Shown here: piece after piece, positions 1 to 8,280 of the stretch
Position numbering within the stretch: the stretch's first letter is position 1
Layout of the letters: the number at the start of each line of letters is the position of its first letter
From: a candidate division FCPU426 bacterium
Lineage (GTDB): Bacteria > Oederibacteriota > Muellerivitia > Muellerivitales > Muellerivitaceae
Length of the DNA: 64,000 nucleotides
Direction of reading: 5' to 3'
NCBI GenBank assembly: GCA_963771075.1
Contig: CAVYSE010000018.1
Coordinates: forward strand, 220,558-284,557
Notes under the pieces: model-generated
Database searches by the model: none
What the model saw: only the letters and a program-made list of their open reading frames with translations
Told to the model about the DNA's origin: nothing
Made by a program: the position numbers and the translations under genes

Positions 1-1
1 C

Positions 2-490
2 CCAAGATATAAAAATCCTCTACTTATTTGTCCAAATAGGTTTAGAGAATTTTGCAAAGAATATTCTGTTATTCGGACAATACAAAAAGGAAATGTTGAG
101 GGATTACGAAAACGGCTGGCCAAAATAAACTCATTTGAGTTGGCCATTAAGGACAACACGGGCAAAACATTTGATAGATTCGAAAAGCGGTTGAGGCCGA
201 AATTTGGAATTCATCACAAGAATAGGTTGACTTCGGTATTGTCGAAGGTTGCAGCTTTCTTAAAACCACAAGTATTTGTTGCCTGGGATCAGTACGCCAA
301 GATAGGAGTAAAAAAGGTTCTTAGTCAAAAAAGCGCTATCCAAGTAGACACTTACGAGAATTACATTGGGGCTTTTGAAATGGCCTGGAAACAACATAAA
401 CCTGATGCGCCAACAGTAATAAAAGGGGTCAGTCATCAATTATTAATATTTACAAGTTGGAGGCAATCGGTTAGCTTGTCGGGGCTATGA
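2..490 (+). CDS. 5'-partial hypothetical protein, 3' end probably disrupted by the RAYT element at 425
   Basis: The frame is open from position 2 through the listed 140..490 ORF. It contains SKxxxxxxPxxFxxWD, reminiscent of HhH-glycosylase-like families. The last ~22 codons come from the element's left end. Confidence 0.5.
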   Translation, partial: PRYKNPLLICPNRFREFCKEYSVIRTIQKGNVEGLRKRLAKINSFELAIKDNTGKTFDRFEKRLRPKFGIHHKNRLTSVLSKVAAFLKPQVFVAWDQYAKIGVKKVLSQKSAIQVDTYENYIGAFEMAWKQHKPDAPTVIKGVSHQLLIFTSWRQSVSLSGL

Positions 491-1446
491 GAAAACCTAG
501 ACTTCTTTATCTCGGCGGCTTGTACCACGTGATTGCCAGGGGAAATCAAAGGCAAAAAACATTTTTGGCCAAGGTTGATTTTCTTAAATATCTGGAACTA
601 TTAGGCGAGCATTTGGAAACGCGTGAAATAAGGCTTTATGCCTATTGCCTGATGCCCAACCATGTTCATCTGTTGGTAGAACAAGCCGGTGATTATCCCT
701 TGTCCCGGTATATGCATCGGCTCCAAACGGCTTATACCCAATTCTTCAACCGGACCCATAAGAAAGTAGGCCATCTTTTTCAGGGTCGGTATAAGGCCAT
801 ATTGGTGGACAAGGATTCATATCTGTTGGAATTGGTTCGATACATTGGGTTGAATCCGTTCAGGGCGAAATTGGAGGAAAAGCCGGGAATATATCCCTGG
901 ACCAGCCACCAACAATATTTGGGCCGAGAGAATAAGCCATTGGCGAAAGTGGAAGTTGAACCAGTTTTGGCTCTTTTCAGCAAAATGAAGAAAGAAGCCC
1001 AAAAGGCCTATTTGAGGTTCGTCAAGGAAGGCATGGGGGAAGGCCATCGGGAGGATTTGTATGATGTCCGGCAGGGACATATTTTGGGGGACCAGGAATT
1101 CGAACAAAAAGCGCATCAAAAGGCCCAACGTCCGCTGTCAGGTGCGAGTTTGAAGGTGAAGAAAACATTACCTGAAATATGGAAAGTACTTTTGAAACGG
1201 GAAGGGCATAGTGAAGATCCGACAGGCCATCGCCGAAGCCGTTTAATGGAAGAAGCGGCCTATCTAGCGTTTGAGGGTTGTGGGATAAGCCAAAGAGAGA
1301 TAGGGGTATATTTTGGGAAAAATCAAAGCGCAGTCAGCCAGGCCATTAGGCGTTTGGAGATGAAGTGGAAAGAACAGCCCGGGGAAAAGGAGAAGTGGTT
1401 TCGATGGGCGCGACATTTAGAATATTAATATATGATGACTGACCCC
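425..1446 (+). mobile_element. RAYT-type (Y1 HUH) element bounded by 26-bp inverted repeats
   Basis: 425-450 (GGGGTCAGTCATCAATTATTAATATT) matches the reverse complement of 1421-1446 at 24/26 and encloses the transposase. No target duplication. Confidence 0.8.
487..1428 (+). CDS. REP-associated tyrosine transposase (Y1_Tnp) with C-terminal HTH
   Basis: YHVIARGN, YCLMPNHVHLL (HUH), GHLFQGRY, YIGLNP, YPWTS motifs; C-terminal SQREIGVYFGKNQSAVSQAI HTH. Confidence 0.92.
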   Translation: MRKPRLLYLGGLYHVIARGNQRQKTFLAKVDFLKYLELLGEHLETREIRLYAYCLMPNHVHLLVEQAGDYPLSRYMHRLQTAYTQFFNRTHKKVGHLFQGRYKAILVDKDSYLLELVRYIGLNPFRAKLEEKPGIYPWTSHQQYLGRENKPLAKVEVEPVLALFSKMKKEAQKAYLRFVKEGMGEGHREDLYDVRQGHILGDQEFEQKAHQKAQRPLSGASLKVKKTLPEIWKVLLKREGHSEDPTGHRRSRLMEEAAYLAFEGCGISQREIGVYFGKNQSAVSQAIRRLEMKWKEQPGEKEKWFRWARHLEY

Positions 1447-1713
1447 GTTCACCCGTTCATGTGGAGATCATTTCGGATAAATCTCAAATACGGGTGGCTT
1501 CTTGTGAGCCGTCCGATGGTTACTTGAAGTTTTATCCACCGATTGAATATTTCGACATTAAGGCAAGGGTAACCAAGAAGAATAAGAAGTCTTAATTCTT
1601 CTTTTGGGGGGAAGGTCTTCCCCCTGGCCTCCGCTACCTTCGGTGATCCTCGGCACACCCCTTTCGCCTGGGGCTTTGCCCCAAACCCCTAAATTAAGTT
1701 AGGAATAATTAAC

Positions 1714-2262
1714 ATGAACGCATTTGAACAGATCGTATCCGACATCATGCAAAGAAAGGGTTACTGGACTCGAATCGGGTACAAGATTGAACTCAAGAAA
1801 GAAGAAAAGGTGGCAATAGGAACCCCGTCTATGCCCGACCTTGAAATAGATGTGTTGGCCTATAAGGCCAAGACAAATGAACTAATATGGATTGAGTGCA
1901 AATCTTATCTAGATTCAACGGGGGTTCGTTTCGAGGACTTGCTACCAGATGGCAAAAACGCATCGAGGTATAAAATATTCACGGATAAAAACCGTAGAGA
2001 AATTGCCTCGGATGCTCTTAAAACGCAGTTGGTGAATGAAGGATTCGCGAATCCAAATCTTACGGTGAAACACTGGCTTGTAGCTGGAAAAGTGGTTTCC
2101 AAAGACCAAGAAAAACTAGAAAAGCATTTTGTTGATCAAGGTTGGGAGTTGAAAAATCATGAATGGCTATTAACGGAATTAAAGGAAATATCGAAGGGCA
2201 GTTGGGACGACAATGTTGCTTCAACCGTGGCAAAGCTTTTTTATCGAAATCAGAAAGAATGA
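1714..2262 (+). CDS. PD-(D/E)XK nuclease family protein
   Basis: N-terminal FEQIV helix, EIDVLAY...IECKS catalytic-type motif. Confidence 0.75.
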   Translation: MNAFEQIVSDIMQRKGYWTRIGYKIELKKEEKVAIGTPSMPDLEIDVLAYKAKTNELIWIECKSYLDSTGVRFEDLLPDGKNASRYKIFTDKNRREIASDALKTQLVNEGFANPNLTVKHWLVAGKVVSKDQEKLEKHFVDQGWELKNHEWLLTELKEISKGSWDDNVASTVAKLFYRNQKE

Positions 2263-2302
2263 AAACAGGAAACCTTTGAAACTGAAAATTAGGAAAAAAT
2301 AA

Positions 2303-3352
2303 ATGGAAAAATGTTTATTTTGCGATTCGGACTGCACAGTGAAGATGGAGGTGGCAAACACTGGCTCTGCACCACGACCTTATTTGTGGGTCGGGTGTTC
2401 CTTTTGTGGGGATTACTTTTTTTCGGAGACCTTGATGGGGGAAATTTCTGCCCGTCGTCAATCAATGTCGCCGCAAAGTAAGGTGAATTGCTCCTTTCGT
2501 TGTTTGAATATCAAGGGGGAACATATTGGAACGGGAGGGTTAAAACCTTATCCCTTTTGGACAACGAGGGCAGAATATGACGCTCTTATGGCGACGAAAT
2601 CTTCTAATGACGTTGTGCTGATAATAGAAGATGTTGAATTTGAATTCGTCGATCATGCGGAAAAACCATTCGTTTTTTTGGAAATGATTGCTAGAAATTT
2701 GGAGCACAAAGGGGCTTTTGAATATTTTAATTTTAATAAAAAGCACTTAACGTTGGCAAAAATTGGAACAGAAAATGAGCTTCAGAAAATTATTCATTTT
2801 CTTTTGGAAAAGAATTATGTAAGTTCTGGAAAACTTGGCCACGCTTTACTAGAACAGCTCAACGAAATTATGCATAGCAAAGGGTTGAATCTAACTGTGG
2901 GTGGGTGGGCGGCAGTAAAAGAGAGAAATTCTGGAATTAATTCCAAAAAGGTATTTATTGCCATTAAGTTTGAGTGGCCAACGGCTGAGGAACCTTTGCG
3001 TCTGGAAGTGTTACGGGCTATTCAGGAAGCTTGCGATGCAAACGGATTTGTTGCCCAAATTGTAAACCAAAATACAACCGGGTACATTACAGACCAAATT
3101 ATTGCTGATATTAAAAATTCTCGGTTTTTAATCGCGGAATATACACATCATAATCATGGGGTTTATTACGAGGCTGGTTTTGCAAAAGGCCTTGGAAAAT
3201 CTGTTTTTAACTTGGTAAGAGAAGATCATGAAAAAGATTTCCATTTTGATGTACGTCAAGTTAACCGGCGCACCTGGACTACGGCCACTGATTTAAAGGA
3301 CAAGCTTCGATCCTGGATTGCAGCTTCTGCCGCAGAAAACAGTTTGAGGTAA
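2303..3352 (+). CDS. Protein with N-terminal CxxC..CxxC Zn finger and C-terminal nucleoside 2-deoxyribosyltransferase/TIR-like domain
   Basis: CLFC and CSFC pairs; KVFIAIKF...ITDQIIADIKNSRFLIAE...GVYYEAGFAKGLGK...FDV. Confidence 0.75.
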   Translation: MEKCLFCDSDCTVKMEVANTGSAPRPYLWVGCSFCGDYFFSETLMGEISARRQSMSPQSKVNCSFRCLNIKGEHIGTGGLKPYPFWTTRAEYDALMATKSSNDVVLIIEDVEFEFVDHAEKPFVFLEMIARNLEHKGAFEYFNFNKKHLTLAKIGTENELQKIIHFLLEKNYVSSGKLGHALLEQLNEIMHSKGLNLTVGGWAAVKERNSGINSKKVFIAIKFEWPTAEEPLRLEVLRAIQEACDANGFVAQIVNQNTTGYITDQIIADIKNSRFLIAEYTHHNHGVYYEAGFAKGLGKSVFNLVREDHEKDFHFDVRQVNRRTWTTATDLKDKLRSWIAASAAENSLR

Positions 3353-3398
3353 AACATGTGTATCTGTTACCAACTAAAACTGCTTAAGGAACGATGAT

Positions 3399-4076
3399 AT
3401 GAACATTGATTTAAAAATGAATGAAACAAACCAAGCCTCAGTCCCGAATTCGGTTTACAGGTTTATTCCCATTCATCGGCTTTGGGAAATAATTGCCTCC
3501 AAAAAACTATATTTTTTAAGAAACACTAAATGGGAAGACCCGTTCGATGGTTATATAGCCGAACAGTGGTGTGAAAAGAATGGAAGATCCTATGAAAATT
3601 TTAGGAACAAGATTTATTTTTTATGCTGTACAACCGATAAACACATTGAGTTCTTTTGGAGGGCATATACACCAAATAAAGACGGAGTAAGGATTGAGAT
3701 TTCTGTTTCTGAATTGTTAAGTTGTGCGCCAGGAATGAAGGCTCGCTTAATCCATTATGATAAAAGAGATAATCTTCAAGAAATCATTTCGAAAGTAAAA
3801 AATGAAGCGTCATTGCTTACTGAATATTTTTTTTATAAAAGAGAAACATTTCAATATGAAAAGGAGCTTCGATTTTATTTTCGAAAAAAAGATCATTCTT
3901 CGGATGTTTTGGAGGTTCCGTTTGATCCGGCTAAAGTGCTTAAGAGTATTGTTTTTGATCCAAGAATGTCTAAACCTGTTTTCAAACTTCATGAAAAATT
4001 TATTGAACCTCATTTACCAAATGTCACCATATACCGCTCTAATATTTTTGATCCAAGGGGAACTTTCAGGTCATGA
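3399..4076 (+). CDS. DUF2971-like protein
   Basis: VYRF, WEDPFDG, FWRAY...GVRIE, YKRETFQYEKELRF motifs. Confidence 0.75.
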   Translation: MNIDLKMNETNQASVPNSVYRFIPIHRLWEIIASKKLYFLRNTKWEDPFDGYIAEQWCEKNGRSYENFRNKIYFLCCTTDKHIEFFWRAYTPNKDGVRIEISVSELLSCAPGMKARLIHYDKRDNLQEIISKVKNEASLLTEYFFYKRETFQYEKELRFYFRKKDHSSDVLEVPFDPAKVLKSIVFDPRMSKPVFKLHEKFIEPHLPNVTIYRSNIFDPRGTFRS

Positions 4077-4279
4077 AAGACTTTCCCTTTTGGCGCGGTG
4101 CCATTTACAACGCTAAAACCCAGATTACACTTAAAGCTGTTGGGGAAGACCTCTCCAAATTCCAAAAACAATCCGGACTTTTCGTTGACGAGGAAGCCAA
4201 ACTAACCGGCGACCAGCTGACCACCCTACGAAAACAGTATTCTGAAAAGATGAAAAAACTCGTTGTCGAAAGGATTTGA
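4073..4279 (+). CDS. Small hypothetical protein
   Basis: ATGA overlap with the upstream gene suggests translational coupling. Confidence 0.5.
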   Translation: MKDFPFWRGAIYNAKTQITLKAVGEDLSKFQKQSGLFVDEEAKLTGDQLTTLRKQYSEKMKKLVVERI

Positions 4280-4280
4280 A

Positions 4281-4344
4281 ATGAATGAACCAAGTTCTTT
4301 ACCAACACAACAAATAGGGAAGCTTGGGGAATTACTTGTTCAAT
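4281..4344 (+). pseudogene. N-terminal stub of a probable PD-(D/E)XK nuclease truncated by IS21
   Basis: MNEPSSLPTQQIGKLGELLVQ (GxxGExxV start motif) ends exactly at the IS21 left end. Confidence 0.55.
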
Positions 4345-4430
4345 TGTAAACGCCGGTCCAAAAGTGTGACGGTCTGAGGGGCCAAAAAGGCGGTCGAAAA
4401 GTGTGACACTCCCCGAATATCCGGGAAGAT

Positions 4431-5988
4431 GTGGGGTTTTCAACGATGAAAACCACGCCACCGGAAGGAAAAGGAGTGTACAAAGACATGGACCAATGGA
4501 CGGAAATCCGCAAGAAAATCCTGGTGGAAGGGGTCTCCAAGCGCCAGGTGATGGAAGAAGAAGGCATCCACTGGGAAACCCTCAAGAAAATACTCGCCCA
4601 TAGCCAGCCGCCCGGCTACCAGATGAACCAGGAGAGGCCCCAGCCCAAGATTGGGCCCTTCCTGGGCCGAATCAAGCAAATCCTCCAGGACGATAAGCAC
4701 ATCCACAAAAAACAGCGCCATACCGCCAAGCGCATTTTCGAGCGCCTACGCAAGGAGGATGGCTACACCGGCGGCTATAGCCAGGTCAAAAAGGCCGTCC
4801 GGGGGATCAAACGAAGGAATAGCGAGGTGTTCGTGCCGTTGACGCACCGGCCCGGCGAGGCCCAGGTGGACTTTGGGCACGCCCTGGTCAAGCTCAACGG
4901 CGTGTTGGTGAAACGCCCCTACTTTGTGATGGCCTTGCCCTATTCGGACGCTTTCTTCGTGCAGATATTCGAGCGGGAAAGCACGGAGTTCGTCTGGGAA
5001 GGCCACATCCGGGCCTTCAAGTATTTCGGTGGCGTACCCTGGCGGATCAGCTACGACAACGCCAAGACCCTCGTGAAGAAGTTGATCGGGGTACACGAAC
5101 GGGAATTGACGCGGGGTTTCCAGCAGTTGGTGAGCCACTATCTCTTCGACCACCACTTCTGCACCATACGCCGGGGCAACGAAAAGGGTGTGGTGGAAGG
5201 CGGGGTGAAATATGTGCGACTGAATTTCATGGTGCCGGTTCCGCAAGTGGGAAACTTGGAGGAACTAAACGAAAAATTGGTGGTGAACTGCCGTGAGGAC
5301 TTGGAACGCAAATTGCGGGGTAAAGGACTTCCCAAGGGGCAACTTCTAGACGAGGATAAGGCCCATTTCAGGCCCTTGCCGGCCGCTGTTTTTGACGCCT
5401 GCATCAAGCAGTCCACCACGGCCACTTCCTTGTCCCTGGTGCGCTTCGACACCAACGACTATTCCGTGCCGACGGAATGGGCACACCATCCGGTAGTGGT
5501 GAAGGGATACATCGACCGGGTGGATGTCTATTACAGGGAAAAGCGGATTGCGACCCATGATCGTCTGTGGTGCAAGGAAGGCGTGGTCTTCAATCCGGTG
5601 CATTATTTGGCGATTTTGGAAGGGAAAACCGGGAGCCTTCGATCATGCCAGGCCCCTGGAAGACTGGAATCTGCCAGAGAATTTCGCCCTCCTGCGCCGC
5701 CGCATGAAAGCCAAGGAAAAGAGCCACGGTGAGGGAACACGGGAATTCATCAAGACGATGCGGCTTTTGGAAAAACATTCCATGGGCAGGCTCCACCGGG
5801 CGGTGAAGAAGGCCGTGGGGATGGAAATCTATACCCGCGACGCTGTCGCCCAATTGCTCTACTCCAGGGAAGATTTCAGGCTGACCACCTTCAGCTTGGC
5901 CGGTCGTGAACACTTGCGACGAGTGCAGGTGGCTCGAACGGATCTCTCGGCCTACCGCGAACTGATGGCAGTGGGGGGTGAAGCGTGA
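4431..5988 (+). pseudogene. istA: IS21 transposase IstA, frameshifted near 5625
   Basis: AQVDFG, ISYDN, KGVVE (DDE) motifs. The IstA C-terminal sequence KPGAFDHARPL continues in the shifted frame (5524..5988 ORF). Real start is probably GTG ~4476 or ATG 4488. Confidence 0.88.
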
Positions 5989-6776
5989 GCACTTCCAAAA
6001 ACACTCTCCTGCTGGAACATCACCTCAAGAAACTCAAACTGCCAACGATGCAGCGCGAGTACGACAAGATGGCCCAACTCTGCCGCACCGAGCGTAGCGA
6101 CTATCCGCAGTACCTTCTCAAGCTGGCCGAGCTGGAACTTCTGGATCGGGAGCGCCGGGCCAAGGAGAGGCGCATCCGGGATGCTGGTTTTCCCGTGCTC
6201 AAGACTTTGGACACGTTCGATTTCAAGGCCCAGCCTTCGATCAACCAGGAATTGACCCGGGAACTCATGCGGGGAGAGTACATGGACAAAAAAGAAAACA
6301 TCCTGCTGATCGGCAACTCCGGAACAGGTAAAACCCATTTGGCCACGGCCCTGGCCTTCCAGGCCTGTTGCCAGGGCCGGGCGGTGAAGTTTTTCTCTGT
6401 TACCGGTCTTGTGACGGAGCTTCTGGAGCGCCGTGAGGAAAAACAATTGGCCAAGTTCCATCGTCAGTTGGCCAGGCTCCACCTGATCGTCCTGGACGAG
6501 CTGGGTTATGTGCCATTCACCAAGGCGGGGGCCGAGCTGCTATTCGAGGTGGTCAGCAAGGCTTACGAGCGGACCAGCCTGCTGGTAACGACCAACCTTC
6601 CCTTCGAAAACTGGGTGGAAATCATGGGTTCGGAGAGGATGACGGGGGCTCTTATTGACCGTTTGACCCATCGGGTGCATATTTTGGAGGCCAACGGCCA
6701 AAGCTTTAGATTAACAGAATCAAAAAAACGGCTCGGCCGGGTTCCCCGGCCGAACAAAGACAAGAAGGATGGATAA
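5985..6776 (+). CDS. istB: IS21 helper ATPase IstB
   Basis: Walker A GNSGTGKT, LIVLDELGY, TTNLPF, DRLTHR. Confidence 0.97.
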   Translation: MSTSKNTLLLEHHLKKLKLPTMQREYDKMAQLCRTERSDYPQYLLKLAELELLDRERRAKERRIRDAGFPVLKTLDTFDFKAQPSINQELTRELMRGEYMDKKENILLIGNSGTGKTHLATALAFQACCQGRAVKFFSVTGLVTELLERREEKQLAKFHRQLARLHLIVLDELGYVPFTKAGAELLFEVVSKAYERTSLLVTTNLPFENWVEIMGSERMTGALIDRLTHRVHILEANGQSFRLTESKKRLGRVPRPNKDKKDG

Positions 6777-7056
6777 AAGCTAACCAACGACCATACACCC
6801 TAAAGGCGTATGGAAGGCGGGGGGTGTCACACTTTTGGATCGCCCACCGTCACACTTTTCGACCGGCGGGGACAGACTACGAAGGATAAAAACACAACAG
6901 AACCTAAGCCCTGTCCACAGGGCCTTTTTGCGTCCGGCAGGGAAGGGTGATCCCTCCCCTGCACCCCACCCCTCCTAAAGAAAAACCAAAATTCTTATTA
7001 CTCACTTTTGGTATAGTATTTATTGTGGATTAATCTTTAGGAGTAAGGGGATTGAA

Positions 7057-8259
7057 ATGGAAGATATTGCCAGTCCAAAAGACTTTTCAGAATACGAAAA
7101 AGAAGTCTCGGATAAGTTGGATGAATTTGGAAAAGGCCTTTCCGAAGAATTCTTTCAAGTTCTGAATAACTTGCTATTACATAGCTATCCCAAAAATCAA
7201 GAAAATGGGCTAAAAGCTTTCATGAGTATGTTGGGATTTGGCGCTTCCTTTGTTTTCGATTCCAATGCGATCCAGAGGGTTATTCGATATGAGTTGAAGG
7301 GTGGGAAATCTGCCGCCTTGTCCGCTATGCGGACAGGTTATGTAACCGCACTATCGCCGCCGAATATAGATTATGAAATCGCAAATCACGCCGCAGAGAT
7401 TGCCAAATATTGCGGTGTGGAACCAATAGATGTCCTTAATTTTTACCATGGCAAAATTAGACCATTTATCCAATTGATGGAAGTTTCGGACCAAGTTTTA
7501 TACGAAAAAATTAAGTCTGGCATCAAGGACAAGGATGACGCTCCGTTTGTTGCCTTGGGTCTGGAAACCGAATCGATAGGCATTGTTACCGAGGATGGAG
7601 TTGTTAAAGATCAAGAAGGGGTAAAGACTTACCTCTTAGAGGACATCGCCAGGGTCCATGTACATTGTCGAAAAAGAGGAATGGTTATATTCCTAAGTAT
7701 CTTAAATGTTATTGCGTTTGTTCTTTTTGTGAAAACAATCATGAGCTTTTTTGGGATGATTTTTCGTTTTGTAAGAAACAACCCTGGACTGATATTAGGA
7801 ATTCTGGCGGGCGCAGGGTTAATTTATTTGTTGTTTAGAGAAGAAATTAATCAAAAAATAAAAGAGAATTTTGGCGAGAATTGGGAAAAAATAAAAGACC
7901 AAATGGGTCTTATTTGGAAAGATCTAAGCCCTTACTTGGGAGCGATACTTTTGCAAATTTGCCAAAGGATGCAGGAGACCAAGAAAGAGTTGGGGCAAAT
8001 AACTGACGGAAAAACAGAACGGCTTGAATCCTTTCGAAACAGGCAATCTAACACTCTCGTTTCTCTGGACAAGTTGATTGAGCAAGTTTTATTGGCTCTA
8101 AAAAAGCCTTTGAGTTTACGAGAAATCCGAGAGGCGTTGAAATCGGTCGGCTTTAAACCGAGAGGCAAAAACACGATTTATTACGAAGTCAAAAAGGCCT
8201 TGGTAATGAACCCAAGATTCATTCAGGATACAAATGGATGTTACCTAGTAAATACCTAA
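7057..8259 (+). CDS. PIN-domain protein with two hydrophobic segments and C-terminal winged-HTH
   Basis: FVFDSNAI, DKDDAPFVALG, IVTED (PIN acidic residues); hydrophobic stretches at ~aa 209-237 and 245-260; LIEQVLLALKKPLSLREIREAL. Confidence 0.7.
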   Translation: MEDIASPKDFSEYEKEVSDKLDEFGKGLSEEFFQVLNNLLLHSYPKNQENGLKAFMSMLGFGASFVFDSNAIQRVIRYELKGGKSAALSAMRTGYVTALSPPNIDYEIANHAAEIAKYCGVEPIDVLNFYHGKIRPFIQLMEVSDQVLYEKIKSGIKDKDDAPFVALGLETESIGIVTEDGVVKDQEGVKTYLLEDIARVHVHCRKRGMVIFLSILNVIAFVLFVKTIMSFFGMIFRFVRNNPGLILGILAGAGLIYLLFREEINQKIKENFGENWEKIKDQMGLIWKDLSPYLGAILLQICQRMQETKKELGQITDGKTERLESFRNRQSNTLVSLDKLIEQVLLALKKPLSLREIREALKSVGFKPRGKNTIYYEVKKALVMNPRFIQDTNGCYLVNT

Positions 8260-8280
8260 ATTGATCTCGAAAGAATAAAA

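Larger units (their letters stand above)
4345..6874 (+). mobile_element. IS21-family insertion sequence
   Basis: TGT...ACA termini. 29-bp IRs (4345-4373 and 6846-6874) match 25/29. Subterminal AAAAGTGTGAC repeats; istA-istB content. Confidence 0.95.
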
